DNA of 64,000 nt. Source: an uncultured Gammaproteobacteria bacterium (GTDB lineage: Bacteria; Pseudomonadota; Gammaproteobacteria; DRLM01). The stretch covers positions 1,120,001-1,184,000 of the forward strand of contig CAVSNY010000007.1 in assembly GCA_963729605.1 (NCBI GenBank), read 5' to 3'. The notes under the pieces are model-generated. The model made no database searches. It was given only the letters and a program-made list of their open reading frames with translations, and was not told where the DNA came from. A program made the position numbers and the translations under genes. Below are positions 30,962 through 40,675 of the stretch, piece after piece (within the stretch, counting starts at the first letter, position 1; every line of letters starts with the position of its first letter).

Positions 30962-32092
30962 ATGAGTGAAAGTAACGTGACGGCATTCAGTTCCACCTCC
31001 GAGATCATCGAAGACCTGCGGCGCGGCCGCATGGTGGTCATCGTCGACGACGAAGACCGCGAGAACGAAGGCGACCTGTTGATGGCGGCGGCCTGCGTAC
31101 GGGCCGAGGACGTCAATTTCATGGCCCGCTACGGGCGGGGCCTGATCTGCCTCACGCTCACCCAGGAACGCTGCGAGCGTTTGCGCCTGCCGCTGATGGT
31201 GGCGGGCACCCACGCCAAACACAGCACCAATTTTACGGTGTCGATCGAGGCGGCGCGCGGCGTGACCACCGGCATCTCCGCCGCCGATCGCGCGACCACT
31301 ATTCTCGCCGCGGTGGCGCCCGCGGCCGAAGCCGCCGATCTGGTGCAGCCGGGGCATATCTTTCCGTTGATGGCGCAGCCGGGCGGGGTGTTGACCCGCG
31401 CCGGCCACACCGAGGCGGGCTGCGATCTGGCGCGGCTGGCGGGTTTCGAGCCGGCGGCGGTGATCGTCGAGATCCTCAGCGAGGACGGCACCATGGCCCG
31501 CCGTCCCGAGCTGGAACGGTTCGCGGCGCAGCATGGCTTGAAGATCGGCACCATCGCCGACCTCATCCATTACCGCTTGCAAAATGAAAAGACCATCGAG
31601 CCGCTGGGTGAGTGCTCCCTGCCCACGGAATTCGGCGAGTTTCGTTTGTTGGCCTTCCGCGACAGTGTGGGTGGCGACAGCCATTTCGCGCTGGTGAAAG
31701 GGGTTTTGCGCGCCGACAGCCCGGTATTGGTCCGGGTGCATATGCTGGATACCTTGAGCGATTTGTTCGGCGCCGCCCGCAGCGACGCCCACTGGTCCTT
31801 GCGCGAGGCTTTGGCCCGTTTGGGGCGGGAGGACAGCGCGGTGGTGGTGGTGTTGCGCAAACCCGACGAGGCGCGCGCCTTGCTGGCGCGCATCCGCGAC
31901 TACCGCTTGCAGGCGCAGGGCGTGCATTTGCAGGCGCCGGCGGCGGGCGACGAACTGCGGACTTACGGCGTCGGCGCGCAAATCCTCGCCGAACTCGGGG
32001 TAGGCAAGATGCGGGTGCTGGGCACGCCCAAGCGGCTGCACGGCCTGGCGGGTTTTGGATTGGAAGTGGTGGAATACGTAGGGGACGACTAG
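30962..32092 (+). CDS. ribB: DHBP synthase fused to a degenerate GTP cyclohydrolase II domain (RibBX type)
   Basis: [29 protein letters not shown]; the C-terminal domain lacks the zinc-binding cysteines. Confidence 0.9.
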   Translation: MSESNVTAFSSTSEIIEDLRRGRMVVIVDDEDRENEGDLLMAAACVRAEDVNFMARYGRGLICLTLTQERCERLRLPLMVAGTHAKHSTNFTVSIEAARGVTTGISAADRATTILAAVAPAAEAADLVQPGHIFPLMAQPGGVLTRAGHTEAGCDLARLAGFEPAAVIVEILSEDGTMARRPELERFAAQHGLKIGTIADLIHYRLQNEKTIEPLGECSLPTEFGEFRLLAFRDSVGGDSHFALVKGVLRADSPVLVRVHMLDTLSDLFGAARSDAHWSLREALARLGREDSAVVVVLRKPDEARALLARIRDYRLQAQGVHLQAPAAGDELRTYGVGAQILAELGVGKMRVLGTPKRLHGLAGFGLEVVEYVGDD

Positions 32093-32144
32093 AATAGTCC
32101 CCCTCTCTCCGGCGGGCGCCGGATTTTTTTCAGGAAGCAGCGGC

Positions 32145-32618
32145 ATGACCAAGATCAATACCTTTTCCGGCGATTTCACCACCCGCGGCGGGCGTTACGC
32201 CCTGGTCGCCGGGCGCTTCAACAGTTTTATCGTCGAGCATCTCATCAACGGCGCGGTGGACACCCTGGTGCGTCACGGCGTCGAGGCCAAGGACATCGAT
32301 CTCATCCACGCGCCGGGCGCTTTCGAGATTCCATTGCTGGTGCAGAAGGCCGCCGCCAGCAAAAAATACGACGCGGTGATCGCGCTGGGCTGCGTGATCC
32401 GCGGCGCCACGCCGCACTTCGAATATGTGGCCGGCGAATGCGCCAAGGGCATCGCCCAGGTGGCCTTGAAGTTCGACCTGCCGGTCGCCTTCGGCGTCTT
32501 GACGGTGGACACCATCGAACAGGCGGTGGAACGCGCGGGCACCAAGGCCGGCAATAAAGGCGCGGAGGCCGCGTTGTCGGCGCTGGAAATGGTCAGCCTG
32601 TTGAAACGGATGACTTGA
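32145..32618 (+). CDS. ribH: Lumazine synthase
   Basis: [29 protein letters not shown]. Confidence 0.97.
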   Translation: MTKINTFSGDFTTRGGRYALVAGRFNSFIVEHLINGAVDTLVRHGVEAKDIDLIHAPGAFEIPLLVQKAAASKKYDAVIALGCVIRGATPHFEYVAGECAKGIAQVALKFDLPVAFGVLTVDTIEQAVERAGTKAGNKGAEAALSALEMVSLLKRMT

Positions 32619-32678
32619 GATGATTTCATGCAGTCGGGTTTATCGTGACGTCATGCCCGCGCTTGTGGGCCGCGCTTC

Positions 32679-33110
32679 GTGAGCCGCGCGCGCAGCAAGG
32701 CGCGGCGCTGCGCGTTGCAGGCCTTGTATTCCTGGCAACTGGGGGGCCAGGATCTGGCCGACATCGAAAGGCAGTTTTTCGCCGAACAGGACGTCGCCGG
32801 CGCCGACCGCGCCTATTTCAGCGAACTGCTGCACGGCGTGCCCAAACAGACCACCGAATTGGATGCCCGCTACCGCGATTATCTCGACCGCAGCGTGGAA
32901 GACCTCGATCCCATCGAGCTGGCGATATTGCGCATCGGCGTTTATGAATTGACTCAGCATCCGGAGATCCCCTTCCGGGTGATCATCAACGAGGCGGTGG
33001 AATTGGCTAAGGTCTTCGGCGCCGATCAAAGTCACCGCTACATCAACGGCGTATTGGACAAGGTGGCGCGCACCCTCCGCGCCGTCGAGGTCAAGATGAA
33101 GGCGCCGTGA
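32679..33110 (+). CDS. nusB: Transcription antitermination factor NusB
   Basis: RSKARRCALQALY, INEAVELAK, YINGVLD. Confidence 0.95.
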   Translation: MSRARSKARRCALQALYSWQLGGQDLADIERQFFAEQDVAGADRAYFSELLHGVPKQTTELDARYRDYLDRSVEDLDPIELAILRIGVYELTQHPEIPFRVIINEAVELAKVFGADQSHRYINGVLDKVARTLRAVEVKMKAP

Positions 33111-33143
33111 CCGCCGCTGGACTTATCCTGAAAAAGCGATCGG

Positions 33144-33174
33144 CCACGGAGGACACGGGGTACACGGAGGAAAA
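33144..33174 (+). repeat. 9-bp-period CACGGAG repeat (copy left of thiL)
   Basis: c-cacggagga-cacggggta-cacggagga-aaa. Confidence 0.7.
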
Positions 33175-33447
33175 TAAGCGGAGGGTCTTTATCGAGGTCA
33201 CTCAGCCGGTAAACTCGCCCAACGCCGCAACGTTCGCTGTCACCTCCGCGGGTGGCATTCGCGATTTCAAGATTATCGCCCGGCCATTCTCCAACATGCG
33301 CAGGCTCCTGCTCTTGCGGGAACGGGGCGGGAGTAGAATATGGAAAAATCAGTGAGGCTATCGTTCCGCTTCATGTCCTTCCTCCAGGCAAGGCCTCGTG
33401 TCACGCGTTGACGGATCGATGAATCTTGAATTAACGACACCCCGATC

Positions 33448-34431
33448 ATGACCCTTTCCGAATTCGACATCATCCGCCGTTATTTCGCCGCCGCCGGCGC
33501 GCGCCGCGGCGATGTGGTGGTCGGCGTCGGCGACGACGCGGCGGTGGTGGACGTGCCGCCGGACCGGCAATTGGTCTTGGCCATGGATAGCTTGGTGAGC
33601 GGCGTCCATTTTCCCGAGGAGACCCGCGCCGAGGACATCGGCCACAAGGCCCTCGCTGTGAATTTGAGCGATCTCGCCGCCATGGGCGCCGAGCCGGCCT
33701 GGGCGACGCTGGCTTTGACCGCGCCGCGCAACGATCCTGCTTGGCTGGCGGCCTTCGCCGAGGGCTTCAGCGCCTTGGCCCGCGAGGCGGGTGTGCAGTT
33801 GATCGGCGGCGACACCACGCGCGGCCCGCTCACGGTCACGGTGCAAGTGCACGGCTTCGTGCCCCGCGGCCAGGCCGTGCTGCGCAGCGGCGCGCGGCCG
33901 GGCGATGTGATTTACGTCAGCGGCAGCCTCGGCGACGCGGGCCTGGCCTTGCGGCGCTGGCAACAGGGCATGGTTCCGAGTTCGGCCGATGAACGGTATC
34001 TGGCCACGCGTTTGAACCGTCCCGTCCCGCGTCTTCAAGAAGGCCGCGCGCTGCGCGGTCTGGCCAGCGCGATGATCGATGTCTCCGACGGCTTGGCGGC
34101 GGATTTAGGTCATATTTTGGAGGCGAGCGGGGTGGGCGCCACGCTCGAACTCGATACCTTGCCTTTATCGCCCGCCTTCCAGCGGGTGTGCGCGGCCATG
34201 GGCGAAACGCAGGGCGCGCGTCTCGCCCTCGGCGCCGGTGATGATTACGAACTGTGTTTCACCGTGCCCGCCGCGCGATGCGAACAAGTGGAGCGGGAAT
34301 TCGCGACCTTCGACTGCGGTTGTCGCGCCATCGGCGTTATCGAAGAGCGGGTGGGTTTGCGGGTGCGGCAGGCGGACGGGTCGCCGTTAGTGTTCGAGCG
34401 CGGCGGTCACGACCATTTCGCCGCGCCGTGA
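33448..34431 (+). CDS. thiL: Thiamine-monophosphate kinase
   Basis: GVGDDAA, VNLSDLAAMGA, GGDT, IDVSDGL, GDDYEL. Confidence 0.95.
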   Translation: MTLSEFDIIRRYFAAAGARRGDVVVGVGDDAAVVDVPPDRQLVLAMDSLVSGVHFPEETRAEDIGHKALAVNLSDLAAMGAEPAWATLALTAPRNDPAWLAAFAEGFSALAREAGVQLIGGDTTRGPLTVTVQVHGFVPRGQAVLRSGARPGDVIYVSGSLGDAGLALRRWQQGMVPSSADERYLATRLNRPVPRLQEGRALRGLASAMIDVSDGLAADLGHILEASGVGATLELDTLPLSPAFQRVCAAMGETQGARLALGAGDDYELCFTVPAARCEQVEREFATFDCGCRAIGVIEERVGLRVRQADGSPLVFERGGHDHFAAP

Positions 34432-34478
34432 TGGCACTCCGCGCCGCGCCGGTTCGACCGGGATGCGCGGGCCGCTGC

Positions 34479-34522
34479 TTTTTCTCCGTGATCTCGGTGA
34501 ACCCGGTGTCCTCCGTGGTCAA
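34479..34522 (-). repeat. 9-bp-period CACGGAG repeat (inverted copy right of thiL)
   Basis: Reverse complement ttgac-cacggagga-caccgggtt-caccgagat-cacggagaa-aaa. Confidence 0.7.
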
Positions 34523-34560
34523 CGGCTTTTTCCGGCTAATTGCCGCTTAAATAAAAACGA

Positions 34561-35070
34561 GTGAATGAATCGGTGAAATCATCCTACCCGCCTTTGCCCG
34601 CCGGTTTTTTCCGGCGCCATCCCGCGCATATTTTCGCCTTTGGGTTTGGCGCGGGGGCCATCCCGTTCGCGCCGGGTACCTGGGGCACCTTGGTCGCGGT
34701 GCCGTTTTGCCTGCTGCTGCAATATTTGTCCGCGCCGCAGTATGTCGCCTTCCTGGTCCTGACGTTTCTCCTCGGCGTCTGGCTGTGTCAGGTGGCCGGG
34801 AAAAACTTGGGCGTGTCCGATCATCCCGGCATGGTGTGGGATGAGATGGTAGGTTATTGGATCGCGGTGGCGCTGGTGCCGCCGCACTGGACGTGGTGGC
34901 TGGCGGCATTTGTACTGTTCCGGATTTTCGACATCTGGAAACCCTGGCCCATCGGTGAATTGGACCGGCGCCTGCACGGAGGTTTGGGCGTGATGGCCGA
35001 CGATGCGGTGGCGGGGATCTTCGCCGGCGTGATTCTATTCGCCGCGCACGGCGTGCTCAGCGCGGCGTGA
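34561..35070 (+). CDS. pgpA: Phosphatidylglycerophosphatase A
   Basis: APGTWGTL, VWDE, FRIFDIWKPWPI, GGLGVMADD. Confidence 0.95.
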   Translation: MNESVKSSYPPLPAGFFRRHPAHIFAFGFGAGAIPFAPGTWGTLVAVPFCLLLQYLSAPQYVAFLVLTFLLGVWLCQVAGKNLGVSDHPGMVWDEMVGYWIAVALVPPHWTWWLAAFVLFRIFDIWKPWPIGELDRRLHGGLGVMADDAVAGIFAGVILFAAHGVLSAA

Positions 35071-35134
35071 AACTGCGGCGGCGTTTAAATTTTTTAATGG
35101 CCAAGACGCCAGGTGTTTATCCATCGAGATAAGC

Positions 35135-37642
35135 CTAGTTGGGAATTAACGTTGCCCGTTGGGAGTTTGGTTCGCTCAGGCGCCAGCCCGATTCCTTGAG
35201 CCAGCGGGCCAGGGCCATCGCGGTCAGCGGCCGGCTGATGAAATAACCTTGCGCCATGTCGCAGCCCATCTCGATCAGGGTGTTCAGCACCGCTTGATTC
35301 TCGACGCCTTCGGCGACCACCCGCCGGCCCATGTTGTGGGCGAGGTCCACGGTGGAACGCACGATCACCATGTCTTCGTTGTTGTCGAGCATGTCGATGA
35401 CGAAGGATTTGTCGATCTTGATTTCGTCCACCGGCAACTGCTTTAAATAAATCAGCGAGGAGTAACCGGTGCCGAAGTCGTCGATGGCGAGGCCGACGCC
35501 CATCACGTCGAGTTGGGTGAGGGTGTCCATCGCCCGCAGCGGGTTGGCCATGATCGCGCTCTCGGTGATTTCAAACTCCAGCAGCTGCGGCGCCACCCCC
35601 CATTGCTGCATGGTCGCGGCGATCTTGCCGGCCAGCTGTTCGTCTTGCAGATGGCGCGCCGACAGATTGATGGCCATTCGCAATTGGAGTCCGGCCTTTT
35701 GCCAGAGGTGGATTTGATGCAGGGCCTCGTCGAGCACGAAGAAGGTGAGCGGCCGGATCAGCCCGGTGTGCTCGGCGAGCGGGATGAATTCATCGGGCAG
35801 CAGCAGCCCGCGTTGCGGATGATCCCAGCGCACCACCGCCTCCACCGCGCTGACCAGCCCGGTCTTGAGATCGATCTTCGGTTGATAGAACAACACCAGT
35901 TGTTTGTATTCGATGGCGTGGCGCAGCTCGCCGACCAGCGACAGGCGGCTGACGCTGTGCTGATCTTCCTTGGGATCGTAGAGGGCGAAGCCGGCGCTGG
36001 CGCGCTTGGCGACGTACATGGCCACGTCGGCGTGGCGCATCAGGGTCGCGCCGTCCTCGCCGTGCTCGGGATAGAGGGCGATGCCGACGCTGGCGCCGAC
36101 ATGGAAACTCTGCTCTTCCAAAAGGATGGGCTGTTCGAGGGCGGTGATGAGTTTGCGCGCGGCGCCGACCGCGTCGGCCTCGTTTTCGATGCCGGGCAGC
36201 AGCACGGCGAATTCATCGCCGCCGAGGCGGGCGATGGTGTCGGACTCGCGCAGCGCGCCGCGCATGCGTTGCGCCACCTGTTGCAGGACCAGGTCGCCGT
36301 AATGGTGGCCGAGGGTGTCGTTGATTTCCTTGAAACGGTCGAGGTCGGTGATGAGCAGCGCCAAAGGCGCGGCTTTGCGTTGCGCGGTGAGGATGGCATG
36401 CCGCAAGCGGTCTTGTAACAACAGACGGTTGGGCAGTTCGGTCAGGCCGTCGTGCAGGGCTTGATGTTCCAATTCGCGGTTGAGCGAGGCGAGTTCCCGG
36501 GTGCGTTTTATGACCCGCCGCTCCAGGTCTTCCTGGAGGGCCTTGAGTTCGGCCTCGGCCTGTTTGCGTTCGGTGATGTCGCGCATGATGCCGATGTAGA
36601 GCATGCCCTCGCTGCGCGGCAGTTCGCTGACCGCCATTTCCATCGGGAAGCTGTGCCCGTCCTTGTGGCGACCCACGGTTTCATGCGCCGCCAGGCGGGT
36701 GATCTCGTCGATCGAGGCGGCCGGTTCGCCATCTTCACGGCCGATGACCGGGCAGGCGTAGGCTTGTCCCAGCAGCAGGTTGAGATTTTCGCCGGCTATT
36801 TCCGCCTGGCTATAACCGAAAATCTGCTCCGCGGCGTGATTCATCGATTCGATATTGCCGCGCGCGTCGATGGTGACGATGCCGTCCACCATGTTATCCA
36901 TGATGGCGCGGATGCGCCGTTCCCGCACCGCGACCGCCTCGGCGTTGTTCACCAGTTTTTCGCGCATGCGTTCCAGGTCTTCGGCGAGACCGGCGATTTC
37001 GTAGATGCTGGAACGGACGCGCAAATGCCCCACCGTATCGTTGGCGGCGATGCGACGCGCCGCATCGCGCAACTGGCGCAAGGGCCGGGTCAATTGGGGT
37101 GTAATCACCGCCACCAGCAGCAAGGAAAGCGTGACGTAGCCGATGGCCAATAACACGCCGCGCTGGTAGGCCTGGTAGATCTGCGCCCGGGTCGCCGTTT
37201 CGTCGTAGCCCACCCGCAGGGTGGCGGCGCTCCGCAGCGACGGGTTGTGAAAGGGCACCCCGATGAAATAGACGGTGTTGGCGTGTTCTCCGAAATAAAA
37301 ATCTTCGTCGAACGTCTCGTTGCGGTTTTTATTGGCTACCGAGGCGATCTCGCCGCCGGTTTCGAGTATCACTTCGGCGTAGGCCAGACGGCCCGAGAAC
37401 ACCGCGTCGTCGAGCTGGGCGCGGATCTGTTCGGCATCGGCCTGTTCGGCGAGCCGTTCCGCCAGTTGCCGCGCGTCGTGGCGGACATAGTTGATGAATT
37501 GTTCCTTGTAACCCTCGGCGACGATGAACAACACGCCGCTGAACAAGAAGGGAATCAGCAGTAAATGAATGATGACCCCGCCGAGTATGATCCGGCCGGC
37601 GAAGCTGTGCAGAAAGGCCGCTAGTTTGCCCCGTTGCGCCAT
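35135..37642 (-). CDS. Membrane sensor: 2TM-HAMP-PAS-GGDEF-EAL
   Basis: Two TM helices, HAMP (ITPQLTRPLRQL), PAS (AEQIFGYS..GRHKDG), RLGGDEF, EAVVRW, DDFGTGYSSL. Confidence 0.92.
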   Translation of the reverse strand: MAQRGKLAAFLHSFAGRIILGGVIIHLLLIPFLFSGVLFIVAEGYKEQFINYVRHDARQLAERLAEQADAEQIRAQLDDAVFSGRLAYAEVILETGGEIASVANKNRNETFDEDFYFGEHANTVYFIGVPFHNPSLRSAATLRVGYDETATRAQIYQAYQRGVLLAIGYVTLSLLLVAVITPQLTRPLRQLRDAARRIAANDTVGHLRVRSSIYEIAGLAEDLERMREKLVNNAEAVAVRERRIRAIMDNMVDGIVTIDARGNIESMNHAAEQIFGYSQAEIAGENLNLLLGQAYACPVIGREDGEPAASIDEITRLAAHETVGRHKDGHSFPMEMAVSELPRSEGMLYIGIMRDITERKQAEAELKALQEDLERRVIKRTRELASLNRELEHQALHDGLTELPNRLLLQDRLRHAILTAQRKAAPLALLITDLDRFKEINDTLGHHYGDLVLQQVAQRMRGALRESDTIARLGGDEFAVLLPGIENEADAVGAARKLITALEQPILLEEQSFHVGASVGIALYPEHGEDGATLMRHADVAMYVAKRASAGFALYDPKEDQHSVSRLSLVGELRHAIEYKQLVLFYQPKIDLKTGLVSAVEAVVRWDHPQRGLLLPDEFIPLAEHTGLIRPLTFFVLDEALHQIHLWQKAGLQLRMAINLSARHLQDEQLAGKIAATMQQWGVAPQLLEFEITESAIMANPLRAMDTLTQLDVMGVGLAIDDFGTGYSSLIYLKQLPVDEIKIDKSFVIDMLDNNEDMVIVRSTVDLAHNMGRRVVAEGVENQAVLNTLIEMGCDMAQGYFISRPLTAMALARWLKESGWRLSEPNSQRATLIPN

Positions 37643-38082
37643 AACTCACCTATCGCGACCAGGTTGGGGTAGGCGGCGATGTCCGCCTCCCACATGTAAC
37701 TTACGGTGCCCGGTTGTTTGCGCAGCCTGTCGACCAGGGCTTGTTGCTCCTTGAAGGTCGGCGGCAGTTGACCGCCCAATTGTACGACGTTGCTCAATAA
37801 ATGCAGCTCGTAGACATTGGCGGACATGAAGACCACTTTTTGCAGAAAGACCTGGTAGAGCCGCGTTTCACTCTGGTTGATTACCGCCGTCAGCTGCTGA
37901 TTTTCTTTGTTGACGGGAAAACCGAGAAACAGCCGGCGGATTTCGCTGACCGACAAACTGGAGATGCCACTGGCCTGGTCGGTGACCAGCACCAGCCGTC
38001 CGTCGTGGCCGGCGCGGGCGACGTTGATTTGCCCCAGCATGATCAAACAGCCCAGGAGCAGGTGTGACCACCTCCGCATCAT
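37621..38082 (-). CDS. Small secreted protein resembling one lobe of a periplasmic binding protein
   Basis: Signal peptide ending VARA; LSVSEIRRLFLG and PGTVSY; ATG overlaps the porin TGA. Confidence 0.7.
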   Translation of the reverse strand: MMRRWSHLLLGCLIMLGQINVARAGHDGRLVLVTDQASGISSLSVSEIRRLFLGFPVNKENQQLTAVINQSETRLYQVFLQKVVFMSANVYELHLLSNVVQLGGQLPPTFKEQQALVDRLRKQPGTVSYMWEADIAAYPNLVAIGELWRNGAN

Positions 38083-39278
38083 GGCAAGACGGCGCTCCAT
38101 TGCAGGGTGGCCTGACTGTAACGTTGCCCGTATTGATCCAGGTTGGCCAGTTCGAATTTGAGGGCTTGGTTATCGCTAAGCTGATAACGCGCACCGACCA
38201 AGCCGCGCTGACGGATGTAGGCCGGGATTTGTTGCAGATAGAGATTGTCCGCGGCGCCTTCGCTGGCCTCGACGCGTCCGTAAAACGATAAGTCGGCTCG
38301 TTGCCGGTATTCGGGCTGCAAGTAGGCGTAGAAAAAGGCGTCATCCGTTTGGTTGCCGTTCGATAAATCGAGATCGGTGCCGATGCGCATCAGCGAGCCG
38401 CGGACGTGCCAGCGCTCTTGAGAATAATTGCTGTAGGCGCCGAGGATGTCGAGCCGGACCTGGTCGATGCCGTTTATCGAAGACGGGATCACGACATAAC
38501 CCATAAATACCCCGCTGTCGTCGAACGGCGTTTCCATCGCATGATGGGAGAGGGCCAGGGTGACCAGGAGTTGATGGTCGCCGCGCCCCGGTTCGAGGAT
38601 GTCGAGGGCGCTCAAATGTCCCGGTGTCAATTCCGGCCCCAAGCCGAGGTCGAGGGTGTAATAAAACATGTGGCTGGCGGTGTGCCGGGTTTTTTGCAGG
38701 CTGATGCCGGTGGCGTGGGCCGGGATGGCGCCGCCTTCCTCTTCGAACTCGATGAGGCCGGGGCGGTAGATGGTGGTTTGCAGATAAGCGCCGTGGTGAT
38801 GTTTGCGGTTCCATTGATCGAGCGCGGTGTGATAACGGCCGAGCCAGAGTCGGGTGTTCTCGGCGAGGACCCAGCCCACGGCCAGGCGTTCCATTTCCCG
38901 TTCTTCCTGGTCAATGAAAAACTCCGCGAGCAGGCGCGCCTGCCCGTACTCCGCGCTGTAGAAAAAATCGACGGCGGCGGTGGAACCGTGCTGGTCGAGT
39001 GGCGCGACATCCCGGTCGTTGAAATGCAGGGTGACCAGCGGAAACGGGATGAACTCGCTTTTATATTCGGCGTGTGCCGCGTTGCCGATCAAGAACAACG
39101 CCATGCCGGCCAGGACCACGAAAAGCCCGGGGCCGCGCGGTGCAGGCGAGCGGCGGCGAGGGACCGTTCGTATCGCCGCGGCGTGGCGCGGCGCGACTTG
39201 AACCTGATGTGCCGAGTGTTCGGGAATGGCGGGCCGTTGCCGTCGTGGCTGTGGGCGAATTTTCATCGGGGACACCAT
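38079..39278 (-). CDS. Putative outer-membrane beta-barrel/porin (true start likely downstream of 39278)
   Basis: Signal-like FVVLAGMALFLIGNAAHA; alternating amphipathic strands; GRYHT..WNRKHHHGAYLQT..RP motif; C-terminal LQWSAVLP. Confidence 0.65.
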   Translation of the reverse strand: MVSPMKIRPQPRRQRPAIPEHSAHQVQVAPRHAAAIRTVPRRRSPAPRGPGLFVVLAGMALFLIGNAAHAEYKSEFIPFPLVTLHFNDRDVAPLDQHGSTAAVDFFYSAEYGQARLLAEFFIDQEEREMERLAVGWVLAENTRLWLGRYHTALDQWNRKHHHGAYLQTTIYRPGLIEFEEEGGAIPAHATGISLQKTRHTASHMFYYTLDLGLGPELTPGHLSALDILEPGRGDHQLLVTLALSHHAMETPFDDSGVFMGYVVIPSSINGIDQVRLDILGAYSNYSQERWHVRGSLMRIGTDLDLSNGNQTDDAFFYAYLQPEYRQRADLSFYGRVEASEGAADNLYLQQIPAYIRQRGLVGARYQLSDNQALKFELANLDQYGQRYSQATLQWSAVLP

Positions 39279-39461
39279 CCTCGTTTCAGCTGCGGTGCTT
39301 GCCGCGCAATAGCGGGAAGCCGGCCGAATGCTGAGGATTCTAGGGTTTGTTGAGCGGATTGGCTAGCGGGCTAATCGGTTCCGGGTCGGGAAAACCGATA
39401 GTCGCCGATGAGTCCATCTCGATATGACCGAGGCGGCGCGGCGTATTGGTCCGCCGCCGGC

Positions 39462-40262
39462 TCAGCGGTCGGCGTTTTTGTCGCGGCTGATCTGGGCGTA
39501 GGCCGAGTGGTTGTGTATGGATTCGAAATTTTCCGTTTCCACCGTGTAGGCGAGGATGCGCGGGTCGGTGTTCAAACGCGCGGCGACGTCGCGCACCATG
39601 TCTTCGACGAACTTGGGATTGTCGTAGGCGCGTTCGGTGATGTATTTCTCGTCGGGGCGCTTGATGAGGCCGAAGATTTCACAGGAGGCCTCTTCTTCCA
39701 CCAGGTCGATCAGGTCTTCGATCGACACGCCTTCCGTGACGCGCGCGTTCACGGTGACGTGGGAACGCTGATTGTGCGCGCCGTAGTTGGAGATTTCCTT
39801 CGAGCACGGGCACAGGCTGGTGACCGGTACCAGCACCTTGAGCGCCACCTGGTCGGTATCGCCGCTGCGTTCACCGTACAACGTCACATCGTAATCGAGC
39901 GCGCTCGCGACCCCGGAGACCGGCGCTTTCTTGGTGATGAAATAGGGGAAGCGTATCTCGACGTGAGCGCTCTCGGCGTGGAGGCTGCGTTGTATGGTGG
40001 CGAGCAGTTGCCGTATCCCCGCCACCGACAGGGTGAGGTCGGTGGCGTTGAGTATTTCGACGAAACGCGACATATGGGTGCCGCGTTTATCGTGCGGCAG
40101 ACCGACGTACATGCCGAAGGCGGCGACGGTGTGTTGCACGCCGCCGTCGCGGCTGAGCACCCGCGCCGGGTGGCGGATGTCCTTGATGCCCACCTTGTCG
40201 ATGACGATGCGGCGGGCGTCGGCGCTGCCCTGCACATCGGCGATGGAGATGGCTTTGTTCAT
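39462..40262 (-). CDS. folE2: GTP cyclohydrolase IB
   Basis: [30 protein letters not shown]. Confidence 0.95.
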   Translation of the reverse strand: MNKAISIADVQGSADARRIVIDKVGIKDIRHPARVLSRDGGVQHTVAAFGMYVGLPHDKRGTHMSRFVEILNATDLTLSVAGIRQLLATIQRSLHAESAHVEIRFPYFITKKAPVSGVASALDYDVTLYGERSGDTDQVALKVLVPVTSLCPCSKEISNYGAHNQRSHVTVNARVTEGVSIEDLIDLVEEEASCEIFGLIKRPDEKYITERAYDNPKFVEDMVRDVAARLNTDPRILAYTVETENFESIHNHSAYAQISRDKNADR

Positions 40263-40277
40263 GCCCGCATTCCTTAT

Positions 40278-40658
40278 TTACTCTTCACTGTAGCGCACGC
40301 AGGCGCGTTCGGTTTCCCACAGCGTCACCGCGCCGACCCGGGTGCGCGCGCCGTTCAGCACGCGCGACAACTCGGCATATAAATACGCGGCGATGTTCTC
40401 CGCCGTGGGGTTGATCTCGTCGAAGGGCGGAATGTCGTTGAGGTGATGGTGATCGAGCCCGGCGATGATCTCCTTCGCCGCGCGTTTGATCGCCTTGAAG
40501 TCGAGGCCCATGCCCACCTCGTCGAGCGCGGTGGCGATCACGTCGACCTCCACCTTCCAGTTGTGGCCGTGCAGGCGGCTGCATTCGCCGGGGTAGTCGC
40601 GGAGCAGATGGGCGGCGGCGAAGTCGGTGACCACTTTCAATGTGTAACGGGCTGGCAT
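40278..40658 (-). CDS. queD: 6-carboxy-tetrahydropterin synthase
   Basis: FAAAH, C.RLHGHNW, NPTAENIA, LWET. Confidence 0.92.
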   Translation of the reverse strand: MPARYTLKVVTDFAAAHLLRDYPGECSRLHGHNWKVEVDVIATALDEVGMGLDFKAIKRAAKEIIAGLDHHHLNDIPPFDEINPTAENIAAYLYAELSRVLNGARTRVGAVTLWETERACVRYSEE

Positions 40659-40675
40659 AGTGGAGTGCTTGAGAG

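Noticed and set aside
30962-32092. Cys-less cyclohydrolase domain of ribBA as a novelty
   Set aside because: This is the known RibBX arrangement, common in proteobacteria.
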